Counted from the first letter of the stretch, positions 1-13,916 are shown. The stretch: 64,000 nucleotides of DNA from Nemertoderma westbladi (GCA_032718475.1 JAUCBJ010006053.1:1-64000); one strand, 5' to 3'. The notes: generated by a model not told the origin, from the sequence alone. Numbers and translations are program-made.

Positions 1-1206
1 AAATGTAATTCCCAAGCTTCAATCCATGTTTGGCATTTATTTTTCTTATACTCTTTGCTGCCCCCAATTCCGAAGTCAGTCGATATTCTGTAATGCGCAC
101 CACAAAAGCAACACTAGTATGAGTAACAACGTCCTTGTGCCACTTTGGTTGGAAACTTTCAATTCAACATTGGTCTTCAATTGGTAGTGGAGAAAGAACC
201 TCAACATTTTCGCCTTTCTGCCAAATATTGACTTTTTCTCAGGAGTAGAGAATTGAATGCCTTTAGTTTGAATTTTCCCTTTAATGTAGATGACTTTCCA
301 ATCTGTAAGTGAAGACAATGGTGATGGTATTTCACCACTGGCTAATAGGGTTAAGTCATTAAGAACCCTTACTCATCACTCATTTTACTGTATTATTTTT
401 ATGATATATCTTCAGTATATAATCCAATCTGCCAATATAATTTATAAAACATATAGGCCTATTTATTGTATTTATCTGTTAATTGAAGTTCTTGGCAGAA
501 ATAAGGATAGTCCTATAATTTACAGTAGGTCATAGGTTGGCCTACAGTCTGACAGTCTAACCAAGAAACCAACCCTGCGCACTCTATTTTGGTCACTTGT
601 CAATTTTGACATGGGGGAAACTTTGAGTGTTTGTAGTAACTAAACAGCAAGGTGAAAAATATTTCCACAGTCAAAAGTTTCTAAATTATCTATATTTTTG
701 ATTTTTATAATTAAAAAAACACGTCTGGAAAAATTTGAACATGTCAGGTACAAAAATGTCAATGTTGACATGCCCATGTCAATTTTAACATTTTCTTAAG
801 AAATCACCTGTACATGCCAATATTGACACATGTCAATATTGACAAAATCCCAACTAATGGTGTTGTTTGAGCTGTAGAAATTCTTCTTCGTGGAAGAATA
901 ACCACAAAAAGTGTGCATCTTATACCTTTGGAGGTTTCGGATGCCCCAATTCACCAATACATCATCACCAGTAGTATCATTCAAATCTTCACAAACTCAG
1001 TCTACACCACATGTCTATGTAACAGCTTATCGATGCCATGTTACTGTGTTAAGCGTCCTGTATAGATTTGTGATGAAAAAAGATATGTCGGGATGTGGGA
1101 GTATGTGCAAACCAAAACTGCATTAAATTGATGATGCGGTATATAGTATTATATTAATTACAATTTCTTACTGTATGCATTTTATGTATTTGGTGATGGA
1201 TCAACC
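1..1206. repeat. Direct duplication, copy 1 (partner 6509-7705)
   Basis: Same sequence at offset 6508; identical short ORFs (76..318 = 6584..6826, 290..535 = 6798..7043). Identical by eye to ~1040, then diverged over the last ~160 bp. Confidence 0.95.
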
Positions 1207-1269
1207 TGTGTTTCCTCCAGGCATAAAGTCCCAAAAGGAGGTAACCTCTGAGTTTACATAGTGGTCCTT

Positions 1270-1510
1270 GTCAGTCAGGCTGCAGTTGGGTATCTTAGGA
1301 TTTCTGCTTTTACTACCACTAAGAGTGATGGTTTGTGGTGGAAATTGGAGTATATATAATGTTATGAGTTTATTGGAAGTTGTTTTTTTATAGAGCTTGG
1401 TTTGGTTAGGAGTGTTATCATGGTGGTGTATGGTGATGTCTAGGTAGTTTATTTGGGTGTATGAAAATTCAGTGGTAAATTGTATGTCATTAGAGTTGTA
1501 TAGTTGTGCG
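1270..1510 (-). pseudogene. Penelope-like RT fragment
   Basis: Manual minus-strand translation YNSNDIQFTTEFSYTQINYLDITI...QTKLYKKTT matches the Penelope IKFTxE...FLDxxI...LYxKPT pattern; frameshifted. Confidence 0.65.
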
Positions 1511-1749
1511 CTATCATTGTATAGCTGTATTTAGGTTATGGGTGAGGGTATCGATTTGTTGAGTGGTAAGTTGCTGGTCATAGTAAACACACTTCTTATC
1601 TAGGGTTTCAATTGCCAAATTACTAAATAACACTATTCTACCTGGTTGTGGCAGATCTGCAAGATCTGTCTATAATGTCCTGTAGACTAACTAATTATTA
1701 CATGCACATGCAAGAGGGTCATTTTAGAATTTTTTTTGTAATTCTTCTG

Positions 1750-2229
1750 TATCATTGAGTCATGTTTGTTGGGAAAACGGAGATTTCGTGACTTTAACTA
1801 AAATTTAAGGGGCTATCCAATAGAACAAGCAAATGGAATTTACATGGCTATGTTAGTTTTCGTGCTGTGTTCCCTTTCTGTCACCCTTCTCCAGTATTTT
1901 TCAGCGGAAATTTTCAAAGCTTTTATGGCTAATTAAAATTAATTTATTTGCGATATGTAGCGGCGTTTTTGGACACTGATCACACTTATAGAACTCAAAT
2001 ATAACATTGGAGACAATTTTTGGTAATTTTGAATCGGCCCTCTGAGGGATGAAAAAAACAAGTATTGAAAATGTAATAAATGAAAAATCACCGCAAAATG
2101 AAATTGATTTTAATACCATATTTTCATTTATGTTTTTTGGGATGCTGATTACGAATATGACACTGAAATATATCGTACATTGTTGATTAGAGCATTTTTG
2201 GCATGTGGCATGAAAATACAAGTAGCACA
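1750..2229. repeat. Dispersed repeat that hosts the Merlin insertion (continues 4582-4860; related copy ~61085-61340)
   Basis: gggaaaac..gatttcgtga..taaaatttaa..tttacatggcta..tgttagttttcgt..tagaactcaaatataacatt is shared with 61.1-61.3 kb; gggatgctgat.acgaatatgacact occurs on both sides of the Merlin. Confidence 0.7.
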
Positions 2230-2630
2230 AATTTGATGGTATTAGTATGGCCTGTGACCCCACTTTTTGATGAAAAAAACTAACTAGATAGTCTATTTAG
2301 ATAAGAGTCTAACTAAACTGAAAAAAACTAACTAGATAGAACGATCTATTGCGATGTTCCAGAATGTTATTTGACAGTTGCCATGGTTACCATTTTGGAG
2401 AAAAAAGGCGTTTTAAGAATGTTAGTTTTGAAAATTTATGTACAATAAAATTGCTTAATTTTGCGTGTAAAAACCATAGTTATGAGTTTCTGGAACATTA
2501 TATTCAGTCAAACCTTCAATAACAACGACGTCAAATGTTACTGTTTTTTTCATAGCTATATCTATAATACTGCATTTTGAACAAAAAATATTTCAAGTTT
2601 AATAGCTATTAACTACTGTGTTGTCTGGTC

Positions 2631-4317
2631 ATGGATAGGAAAGATGACATCAGGCACGATTATAGGAGGCCAAACTGTCACGATCCAAATATAGAGGAAT
2701 TGGTTTCATATTTAAAAACGGAGGATGATGCTATTAATTACGCTCAACGACAAGGGATGTTACCTTCTAATGATGCAATATCAGTTTGTAAAGTAGAGAA
2801 TTGCGGGTTTCCTGCAAAAGTGACCCGAAGGCTACGGTATGGATATTCACGATTAGAGTGGCGTTGTACAGGCCCTACTAAAAGGCATCGAAGTTCATGT
2901 AGGGAGGGGACATGGTTTTCAGCTAGTACGAATTGGTACTTTTGCACTTTAGGTCCCCACCACCCAGATTTTTTTATATCAAGGAAACATAATATTATTA
3001 TGTTCTAGAATATGAATAGCATTATCTGAGAACATTTTTATGTATTCAGTTTAACATTTTTAATAAAAGCAGTAGCCTAAAATGAACTCTATTCGTGAGC
3101 TCATTTACCACACTAGTTCACTTGAAAAAACTTTAAATTGGTGTCGGGATAATTGTTTAATATATTCGGCTAAGGATTGTTCATCATGTGGCAATCAGAT
3201 GCAATTAAGATGAAAAAAATAAAACAAAGCTGAACAAGATGGAGGCATTTTTCAGCGATGTCAAGGAATTCTATTTTATTAAATAAATTTACCGGTACTT
3301 TTTTTTAGCTATTTAATTACATAAAATGATTTAACGCTTGACTATTTTAAATAAAAATAAATAAATAAACCTTTTTGTTTTGGGTTAGGGTTGATCGGGG
3401 GTGCAACATAATCTAACATTTTTTATACCAAAAATGTTCCTAGATAGTCACACTAACCTTGTAGTAGTGTAATTTGCATAAAAAACACACACAAAAAAAA
3501 TCTAGGGGTGGGGACCTAAAGTGCAAAAGTACCTACGAATTTTCTTATCAAGCAGATATTTTACTTGATGTATTGCTTCGTCATGAAATTGACAATGTCT
3601 GCGACACACTGTTTCCTAGGAGGGATAGTAGGTTATATGAATAACGCTACAATGGTTGATTGGCATAACTTTTTGCGAGAGCTGATGCGGGTAGAGATGA
3701 TGGCAGCTCCTCCAATGGGAGGACTAGGAGAAGAGGTGCAAATAGACGAATCTCTATTCAGGGGAAGGAGAAAATACAATCGAGGGCGAAAGTTGTTGGG
3801 TGATCGAGTAAAGAACTCATCACGTAGGAATTACGGAAAGGCAGTTGAAGGACCGTGGATCTTTGGGTTGGTTCATAAGAAAGGGAATTCGACCGACGTA
3901 CGATTATTTGAAGTGGAAAGGAGAGATCATGAGACATTGCGTCCTATTGTTGAAAGTCAGGTGAAAGGAGGTACAAAAATAGTATCTGATGAGTGGGGGG
4001 CGTACTGCGGAAGGAGGGTTGGAATCACTAATAAAAGATTCCCTTGGAGTTGCAAAGACAGAAGTGGAACGTATTCGCACATCAGTGTAAAACACTGTAC
4101 AAAGGGTAAAGGAAGATTCGTGAACCCTGTAAATGGCGCTCATACCCAGCGGATAGAAGGGATGTGGGGACATGCCAAGCTAGGCTTGATGAGGAACAAG
4201 AGAGGAACCAATAAGAACCTGTTACAGAATCATCTCGCTGAATTTTGGTGGCGAAATTACAACAGGGAAGCCCCATTCAGCAAACTGATAACACTAATAA
4301 ACAATAGCGAATTATAG
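2631..4317 (+). pseudogene. Merlin transposase interrupted by a nested element
   Basis: N-terminal Cys motif in ORF 2631; EVQIDES, WIFG, IVSDEWGAY, HTQRIEGMW and HLAEFWWR motifs in ORF 3565. Removing 2935-3533 plus one TSD joins them in frame (..WFSASTN-FLIKQIFYLMYCF..). Confidence 0.9.
2935..3533 (+). mobile_element. Non-autonomous, internally deleted Merlin-type element
   Basis: 27-bp TIR GGTACTTTTGCACTTTAGGTCCCCACC; 8-bp TSD TACGAATT; residual ORF from 3082, MNSIRELI..WCRDNCLI..CSSCGNQM, resembling a Merlin N-terminus. Confidence 0.9.
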
Positions 4318-5560
4318 AAATCTGTTTAATTCAGTTCAAAAACAAAAAACTAATCAATTTACATTGTTATATTCATTAAATAACATATTCGATTAACCTT
4401 CAATAAATCATTATTTACAACACAAGACAACGACCATAGCAACACAAGAAAAATGTTCCAGAATGTAGAACTTGAGTGGGGCAAACATAATACCAACATA
4501 TGTAGCTAGTATATCATAAATTACTAGCTAGTTTTTTTCATCAAAAAGTGGGGTCACAGGCAATACTAATACCAATTTGATAATCAAAAATCGTTACCAA
4601 ATCAACCTGATTTTTAGACATTATGGGTTTTCTGGGATGCTGATCACGAATATGACACTCAAAAATATCGTATTACCTAACCAAATTCGATTTATGCCAT
4701 TTTAAAATTGTTGCCTCTTATATTTTTTGTCCCACTGGACAAGCACCAAAACTGATAGTTGCGTTATCACAAATTATTTTTAATGAGTTGTATCGTTATC
4801 AGCGACCTTGAAAAGCAGTATAGCTTTAGAATTACATATTTCATATACCGTATCAAATGTAGAGTCAACATGGCACTGCAGGACATACCAATGCACTGTG
4901 TTATTATTAGCACATGGTATTGTTGGCCTTGGATCATCATGGTACTTTATTGAATATAATTAACCATCATGGCATGGCCAAACCATGGGCATTGTAGGGA
5001 AAGACATGGCAATGTAAGTTATTAACAATTGAGCATCATGGCATGGGTCGTCAAGGCACAGCATAATGAATTCTTGCCAACGCAAAAATATCAGGTTAGT
5101 TCAAAGTTAGCTTGCTGACGATCCTAGTTCGTGAGTCCAATGGAATCAGATTTAAGAGATTTACAATATATACCAAAAAAAGTTGGGACCCCAGAATAGC
5201 ATTTTTCACCAGGATCCTAGGGTTTTTGGGATCGGGATCCCATTTAATAGACTGTAATTTATATCCAATTGAGAAATAAAAATACAAACCTTACAATATA
5301 TCCAATTAAGAAATAAAAAGACAAACTTTATATCCAATTAAGAAATAAATATACAAACTTTTTATATCCAATTAATAAATAAAAATACAAACTTTCAATT
5401 ATATTGCTGAGAAGGTAATAAACTAAAATGGCAACTAAAGGGTAAACTGTCAAAAAAACATGCAAATTCATCCAACGAGTAACAATTTATCTGTGTATAC
5501 TACAAAACAATTTGAAATTCACAGCTGAAAACGACTCACGATCTGTGTATGATGGAAATG

Positions 5561-6507
5561 TACGGAAGCCCATAAGGGTCACCATTTCGCGTGTGCGTGT
5601 GCATTCCTAAAAAAATGCTAAAGCTGTCTATGTGAGTGTTTACCTCTGTGTGTGAGTGTATAGCTCTGTGTGTGAGTGTATAGCTCTGTGTGTGAGTGTT
5701 TACCTCTGTGTGTGAGTGTATAGGCCCAAAAGGGTCACCCTTTCGCGTGTGCGTGTTCTTTCCTAAAAATGGCTAAAGCTGTCTGTGTGAGTGTTTACCT
5801 CTGTGTGTGAGTGTATACCTCTGTGTGTGAGTGTATAGCTCTGTGTGTGAGTGTATACCTCTATGTGTGAGTGTATACCTCTGTGTGTGAGTGTATACCT
5901 CTGTGTGTGAGTGTATACTGTAGGCCCATAAGGGTCACCCTTTACGTGCGTGCAAACAAATGAAATTTGATTATTGGAGGATAATTTAAATAGGCCTATC
6001 TTGTTTTTACCTACTACCAGGGCCTTCGTATTGCTGTACTGATAGTGAACTAACTGTACCAGTACCTACTGCAGTACTGATACCTACTGACAGACTGACC
6101 TATTGGATTCCATACAGGACTCAGGTACTGCAGTATTAGTCTGTATTAGTGTAATAGTATTAGTGTAATACAGTAATATCCAATAAGTCAGTACTGCAGT
6201 AGGTACCGGTACAGTTAATTCAGTAGTAGGTAAAAACAAGATATTACCCTCCAATAATCAAATGTCATTTGTGTGCACGCACGTAAAGGGTGACCCTTAT
6301 GGGCCTATACACTCACACACAGAGGTATACACTCACACACAGAGGTATACACTCACACACAGAGGTATACACTCACACACAGAGGTAAACACTCACACAC
6401 AGAGCTATACACTCACACACAGAGGTAAACACTCACATAGACAGCTTTAGCAATTTTTTAGGAATGCACACGCACACACGAAAGGGTGACCCTTATGGGC
6501 TTCCGTA
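5561..6507. mobile_element. MITE with long TIRs and internal 20-bp tandem repeats
   Basis: Ends TACGGAAGCCCATAAGGGTCACC / GGTGACCCTTATGGGCTTCCGTA, flanked by GAAATG (5555-5560, 6508-6513); arrays of ctctgtgtgtgagtgtatac and its complement; palindromic core. Confidence 0.9.
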
Positions 6508-6508
6508 G

Positions 6509-7705
6509 AAATGTAATTCCCAAGCTTCAATCCATGTTTGGCATTTATTTTTCTTATACTCTTTGCTGCCCCCAATTCCGAAGTCAGTCGATATTCTGTA
6601 ATGCGCACCACAAAAGCAACACTAGTATGAGTAACAACGTCCTTGTGCCACTTTGGTTGGAAACTTTCAATTCAACATTGGTCTTCAATTGGTAGTGGAG
6701 AAAGAACCTCAACATTTTCGCCTTTCTGCCAAATATTGACTTTTTCTCAGGAGTAGAGAATTGAATGCCTTTAGTTTGAATTTTCCCTTTAATGTAGATG
6801 ACTTTCCAATCTGTAAGTGAAGACAATGGTGATGGTATTTCACCACTGGCTAATAGGGTTAAGTCATTAAGAACCCTTACTCATCACTCATTTTACTGTA
6901 TTATTTTTATGATATATCTTCAGTATATAATCCAATCTGCCAATATAATTTATAAAACATATAGGCCTATTTATTGTATTTATCTGTTAATTGAAGTTCT
7001 TGGCAGAAATAAGGATAGTCCTATAATTTACAGTAGGTCATAGGTTGGCCTACAGTCTGACAGTCTAACCAAGAAACCAACCCTGCGCACTCTATTTTGG
7101 TCACTTGTCAATTTTGACATGGGGGAAACTTTGAGTGTTTGTAGTAACTAAACAGCAAGGTGAAAAATATTTCCACAGTCAAAAGTTTCTAAATTATCTA
7201 TATTTTTGATTTTTATAATTAAAAAAACACGTCTGGAAAAATTTGAACATGTCAGGTACAAAAATGTCAATGTTGACATGCCCATGTCAATTTTAACATT
7301 TTCTTAAGAAATCACCTGTACATGCCAATATTGACACATGTCAATATTGACAAAATCCCAACTAATGGTGTTGTTTGAGCTGTAGAAATTCTTCTTCGTG
7401 GAAGAATAACCACAAAAAGTGTGCATCTTATACCTTTGGAGGTTTCGGATGCCCCAATTCACCAATACATCATCACCAGTAGTATCATTCAAATCTTCAC
7501 AAACTCAGTCTACACCACATGTCTATGTAACAGCTTATCGATGCCATGTTAAGCGTCCTGTATAGATTTGTGATTAAAAAAGATATGTCGGGATGTGGGA
7601 GTATGTGCAAACCAAAACTGCATTAAATTAGTGATGCAGCATAGTATTATATTAATTACAATTTCTTACTGTATGCATTTTATGTATTTGGAGATGAATC
7701 AGCCT
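6509..7705. repeat. Direct duplication, copy 2
   Basis: Matches 1-1206. Confidence 0.95.
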
Positions 7706-7847
7706 TTTTACTATAGTACCAGAAATTGGGTTTATGATATACCAGTAACTGTTATCAGTACTGTAGATGATTCACTCTAGCAACTGCCTAAGTCCTAATA
7801 TGCTTTTAACTTGTTTATAATTTGCCTGCTAATTTGCCATTTATAAT

Positions 7848-8935
7848 ATTGAGCTCCCCCTGAGGTCTTTAAAATACCTGAGTGTCTAAAGCTCATCTAT
7901 CCCATCATAGTAGACATGTACCGAACAACAAGAGTCCCACAAGAAATGAAAACAAATAAGTTGGTGCCAGTTCCCAAGAAGGGCAACCTAACACTCTATG
8001 GTTCTTTTCGGGGAATCTCATTGATCTCGATTGCTGCAAAGCTATACAATATAATTCTATTAAATCACATCAGGGATCCCATTGAGAGACTGCTCCGTGG
8101 AAATCAGAATGGGTTCCGTAAAGGTCGTGGGACCATAGAGCCCATTTTGGCACTTAGAAGGATAATTGAAGAGTTATCAAAGAAGAAAGACAGGCATCTG
8201 GCTGTTATCTTTGTTGACTTCTTCAAGGCCTTTGATTCAGTCTCCCACTCACGTATGTTCAGCATACTTTCATTATATTGGATTCCTGATGAAATTATTG
8301 CAGCAATCAGATCAGTATACGATGGTTTGAAAACATTTGTGTCTACTGTTGACGGTGACACAGAACCATTTGAAGTGTTATGGGGTGTCCTCCAGGGAGA
8401 CACACTTGCACCATTCTTGTTCATAATTGTTGTTGACTATGTTCTACGCATGTACTCTCAGAATCACTAGAGGGAGCCCAACGGCTCCTCAGCTCATTAG
8501 AACATGCTGCTTCTAGTGTTGGTCTTTTTATTATCTCCAGAAAGACCAAAATTTTGACAGTTAACTTTGAAAGTCCTCAGCAAGTCTCGGATCGGATGAG
8601 CATAAGCTCAAAAGATGGTATGCTTGAGCATGTGGATGACTTCTGTTACCTGGGATCATGGATCTGGAAGTCAGGAGAGGACCTTCGAATACGTAAAGGA
8701 AAGGCATGGGCAGCCTTAATAGGCTTTCCAGGATTTGGAAGTCACCGAGAATTAATCGGAAACTTAAGGTCCGATTATTTAGAGCAGCAGTAGTTCCAGT
8801 ACTCCTCTATGGGAGTCCATGCTGGGCTCGAACTGCTGAGGACACCAAATCTCTGGATGGCACGTTCACAAGAATGCTACGACGGGTTCATTGTGTCAAG
8901 TACAATGCACACATCTCCAACCAGACACTATATAA
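7848..8935 (+). pseudogene. RTE-type non-LTR retrotransposon RT fragment
   Basis: QNGFRKGRGT, DFFKAFDSV and GVLQGDTLAPFLF motifs; near-identical to 53803-54930 but with an internal deletion removing the FADD motif, plus frameshifts. Confidence 0.9.
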
Positions 8936-9077
8936 TGATTTATTCTTTTATATGTAACTTTCTCTTAATTAGTTAATTTTTTTTTATATTTATCCAATTA
9001 CAATTTATGTTTTTCTTTTCCTTAAAATTTCTACATTCTTATAAAAAATATCCAAAATTGTTTTTTTTTTTAATAAA

Positions 9078-9230
9078 TTGGTGTGTACCAAACGCAATAC
9101 TAAAGTGAGTCACTTTTGCGTTTGGTACACACCTATATCTGCGAAATTCATTCATTCATTCATTTTTTTTATTAAAAATTTTTACCAAAAAATTGAAATA
9201 GGTGTGTACCAAACACAATATTCCCCGGTA
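9078..9230. repeat. Inverted repeat / probable MITE end
   Basis: ggtgtgtaccaaacgcaa..ttgcgtttggtacacacc hairpin, with a third motif copy ending ccccggTA. Confidence 0.45.
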
Positions 9231-9720
9231 GTGTGAACGCGGCCTAAGTGGGTTAATATAATAACAAGTTATTTATTATATTAACTAACTGTAACCTATA
9301 AGTATGTAGTAACACATAGTGTAAACATTAGTGGGCTAACAAAACAAACATTAGTGGGCTAACAAAACAATGAAGTTATTATTAAAATAACTATAATATG
9401 TATGTAAGGAGTATATAAAGAATAACACGTATAGTGTTCTCCTGTTAAATTGTCCCATGAATATGGCTCAACGGACTCAATAACTACCCCAACCGAGTTA
9501 TCAACCAGCTGATACTATGAACTTGTACTTATATTATCATTAATGATATCCCTATTTATTTATTAACCTATATTTATTATTTTTACTGACCTTGGGCGGA
9601 TCGGATAATTTCCTATACGATAGTGCTACAGTACATACAGTAAGTCTCCTTCTACTCAATCACACAATGCGTAACAAAGTCCCGGTACAGCAGTAGGCCT
9701 ATTTCAGAACAAATCGCTGT

Positions 9721-9815
9721 GCATAATAATAATTAAATAATAATAATAATAATATATATTTATTTATATAGCGCCAAATTTACATAATATACGTACTCTA
9801 AGGCGCTGACAACAC
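9721..9815 (-). mobile_element. 3' end of an L2/CR1-group LINE
   Basis: Minus strand agcgccttagag...ggcgctatataaataaat followed by an (att)n tail, the typical L2 3' stem-loop. Confidence 0.55.
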
Positions 9816-10674
9816 ATAGTACACAGTAATTAATAGTTCGTGACTGCAATAGCAATAGTTATGAAATAAAAAATCAACTAAAATAATGTAGTAATTAAAA
9901 ACCAACAATAAAAACATCATAAAATATAGTAAAAAAAAAAAAAACAATAAAAACGATCATCGTAAATATTGTAGCATATAGTAAAAAACAAACAATAAAA
10001 AAAAACGAACATCGCAAGCATTCCAGTGCGGGTTAAATTAAAATGTAATTAATGGCAGAATAGAATATAATGGCAGTGATAATGAATTAAAATTAAAATT
10101 AATAGTAAAAACAAACAATAAAAAACAACTGTTATGGTGGACTTTTTAAGATGTTAAAAACAATCGTGTATACATCCAGTACTTAAGTTAAAATTAAATT
10201 TAAAATTGAAAGTAATTAATTAAAAAATGTCAGTCGTCCATAAAAACAAATAAATAATGTTTAGTTTAGATTAAATAAAATAAATTCCAGAAACAGAAGA
10301 TACCATGGCAACAAATACAAACAAATATACTCTACTCATCCGAAACACACTTTCGTGTGGATGTTTAACAAAGATTGTAATTGAATAAGTATAATACATT
10401 CGTTTGCAATATAAAAAGCTGCATTATAAATAATATTACATTCAATGTTGATGCACTAATTCAATATGGTAGTTTTGCATGTGGTGGTAACATATTTTAT
10501 TGGGATTATGTACATAAAAATAATTGAAAACTTAAAATTCATAAAGAAAATGACAACAGAATATACCGTTACAATATGCTCTAAAATTTATTTTAGTTTT
10601 AATTTCAACTTCGAACAAAAACAGAAGTAGTAGTAGTAGATTTATTTATACATTATGTAAAACAATAACAAATA

Positions 10675-13600
10675 CCGTAATTGGGGGTGAAATTGAAACA
10701 GGGGGTGACTTTGAACACATTTCTATTCCGGAACATATTTTCAATTTTCATCAACTTAATAATTATTTTGTGCCACAAAAATTCTCAAAATACAAAGTAT
10801 AATAATAACTTACATGGGAAAGTATATTCACTTTGTCATTACTATTATTGATGAGTTAGCTATAATCAGATAAAAAAATTTGAAATTTTCTCCTAAATTT
10901 ATAGATTTGATATCGCTGCAGGGCAACACTCATTGTTAATGAAAAGTGTTATATATTTGCAAATTTTAGACACTAATGCATATAATTTATCAGCATTATT
11001 ACTTTTTATTTTTTGAAAATATAAAAAAGGAACACATTTTTGTTGGGGTTAGGGTGAAATTGAACAATATTAATATTACAATTATTTATTATCGTATGGC
11101 TATTATTAAATATTGTTAAAGTTAATAGTGCAAATTGTAATGCAGTAATGGCCTTAATGGCTAATATATATATATTAAATAAATTTATAATGCTATATGC
11201 ATAAACAAGGCAGCATATCATTACAGCTAGTTAATCCTAGCTTACCTACCAGTATGAGTATATACAGATATAGTGTAGGCTAATTTACATACCGGTAGTA
11301 TAAGGTTAGGCGACCCTACCTTACTAGTTGGATTATCAATGGTGATAAATATATAATAATTAATATGCCGCAAATTTATAAGAGAAAACTTGGCTCTAGG
11401 ACTTATAAAAACTATGACATTGTCACCCTGAACAAGGCAATAGAAGAGGTAAAGGATGGAAGGTCGAGTATGAGGCATGTATCTGAAATATACAATATTC
11501 CAATGGGAACACTTCATAATAAGCTGAAAATAAAACATTTTAAATCCAATGGTGGTCAACTGGCTTTAGGAGTTGAAACGGAGAAATCACTTGTGAGCAT
11601 CATTATAACATTGTCAAATTGGAGATATCCTTTAAACCAATACGAAATTCGGATGCTAATAAAGAACATGATCGATAGAGAAGGTAGATCGATTCCCCAG
11701 GTCAAGAATAATAGGCCATGAAGGTCTTGGATTCGTGGATTCCTTAAACGCCATAAGGAGCAAATTGGCGTTAGAACAGTTCAAAACATAAAGTCTCCTC
11801 GTGCTTGTGTTACTGAAGAAGTGATCAACGAATATTTCGACCAACTGGAGAAAGAACTAGCAGGTGTTGATCCATTCAACATATGGAATTACGATGAGAC
11901 AAACCTGAGCGATAATCCCAGTGCTAATAAAGCAATATTCAAACGTGGGATGAAATATCCTGATAGGCTGATGGATAATTCCAAAACTGCAATTTCATTG
12001 ATGCTTTGTGGCAATGCCAAAGGGGATATGTTGCCAGCATATGTCAATTACAAAGCCGCGAATTTGTGGCAGTCTTGGTGCGAAAATGCTCCGCCAGGTA
12101 CACGGTTCAATAGAACAATAGAACATCAAGTGGGTGGATAGATGGTGTCTCATACGACGACTTCTTTATATCGCACATTCTACCTGCATTAAAAGATAAG
12201 GAGGAAGTAAAGGTCATCATTGGAGATAATTTATCAACACACTTATCTCTTGAAATAATAAAGAAGTGTGAAGAATATAACATACGGTACATATTTCTCC
12301 CTCCCAACAGCACCCATATTACACAGCCACTAGATGTCTCTTTCTTTCGACCTCTGAAAGGTGCATGGAAAAGAATTCTAGAGGAGATCCGACTATCAAA
12401 CGGTGGACGTGGGTCTTTACGCAAAGATCGGTTTCCTTACCACTTGTCTCATCTCCAAGATGATATCGGATTGAAAGTAGCTGAGAATATTATGTCTGGC
12501 TTCAAAGCAACTGGAATCTATCCTTGCAACAGAGAAGAAGTGCTGAAGAGACTTCCTAGTCACTTACCAGGTCCAACAGTCTCTGTACCTGTTCTGAATC
12601 AGGTTGTTCTTGAACACTTGGATAAGTTTAATTCCACTAGAAAACCTGCATCGAAACGAAAGAAGATTTCGGTGGCTCCTGGGAAATCTGTAACTACAGA
12701 TTTGTGGAAGGATAGTGAACTAAGGGAGACTGATAACGAATCAAGGATAGAGGTTATTGAGGATAGTGAGGGAGTGATGATGAAATGGATACAGAGTCAC
12801 CATCAGATTCCGAATCAGAGTCAGATACCAACACAGTTCCTAGAACATCTAGTTCTGCCCCAGAAGTAGAAGCAGTTGCAGTTGTGGACGAAACCTCCCA
12901 AGAACTCCGAGGAGAAAGATTTATTCGAAATCAGATTTTAAAAGGGTTGCAAGGTCTCTAGAAGCTGAAGATGTTGTGGGCAAATATTATGCAGTATATT
13001 TCGATAAGAAGCCGTATTATGGCGAGGGACCTTGAAAGAAGTTCTTCTGGGCGTCTGGATAAATTGAAATTCAAGTTCTTGAGGGAGACTGTTAAGTCCT
13101 TGTTCTTACGGCCCACCCATGAAGACATTAAAGTAGTTGACAAGATATTTGTCATAAATGGTCCAATGCAAATAATGCAACTTCCAGAAGGCCCTCAGAA
13201 TAGTGTTCGAGCTCTTCTAAACAATAAAGCCCAGTATAAATTCTGTGATAAATATGAAGTAGCAGTATTGGCCAAGATGTTCAAGAAGTATATTGCTGTA
13301 TATTAAATTATCCTAACTCTTACTGGAGAGGTTACTTCCGCATGCAATAGAACATTTGAATATTGTTTTCGAAAGATTTTTTTTGTTTATATAGGCCTAT
13401 ATTATTAATGTTTCTGTTTGTTTATTTTGTTAATTTCATTTTCATGATTGGATGAGCTCTTTTATAGTTATTTCCCTATGCAATTTATAATGTAGTAGGC
13501 CCCCTACACTGATATACAGTAAATTAGGTAGTTATACGATATGCAATTTTATAAAGCGGTATCTTATGCAAGCAGCTATGCAAAACATTTGTTGTGTTTT

Positions 13601-13916
13601 TTTAAAACCCCCAGTATGTTCAAATTCACCCCTTAGGGCATATGAAAGTGATCCACATCATTTCTAGATAGTGTTACACAAAAAAATATATTTGCGTTCA
13701 ATTTCACCCCAACTGTAGGGTGAAATTGAACAGAACAGTCACTAAATTTTAATGTCTTGATAATGCCTAAATATGTTAATTTTACTGTTTCGCCTATTAG
13801 CTAACATTATGACCCATAGTTTCATTTCAATGTATCTGACATAAAAAAACACATTCACAAACAACCTTAAATTTATGTGAAATCTCAAAAGTGTTCAATT
13901 TCACCCCCATTTACGG
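10675..13916 (+). mobile_element. pogo/Fot1-like (Tc1-mariner superfamily) DNA transposon
   Basis: TIR CCGTAA.TGGGGGTGAAATTGAA / TTCAATTTCACCCCCATTTACGG; TA TSD (10673-74, 13917-18); subterminal repeats of gggtgaaattgaac. Confidence 0.92.
11365..13306 (+). pseudogene. pogo-type transposase (HTH + DDD) with stops and frameshifts
   Basis: HTH_psq-like N-terminus (YNIPMGTLHNK); IWNYDET, IIGDNLSTH and LPPNSTHITQPLDVSFFRPLK motifs. Confidence 0.9.

Larger units (their letters stand above)
2238..4573 (+). mobile_element. Merlin (IS1016/ISXO2-like) DNA transposon
   Basis: ~50-bp TIR GGTATTAGTATGGCCTGTGACCCCACTTTTTGATGAAAAAAACTA; 8-bp TSD AATTTGAT (2230-2237, 4574-4581). Confidence 0.95.

Noticed and set aside
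5630-6440. CRISPR-like regular repeats
   Set aside because: Head-to-tail 20-bp units without unique spacers, inside MITE arms; eukaryotic context and no cas genes.
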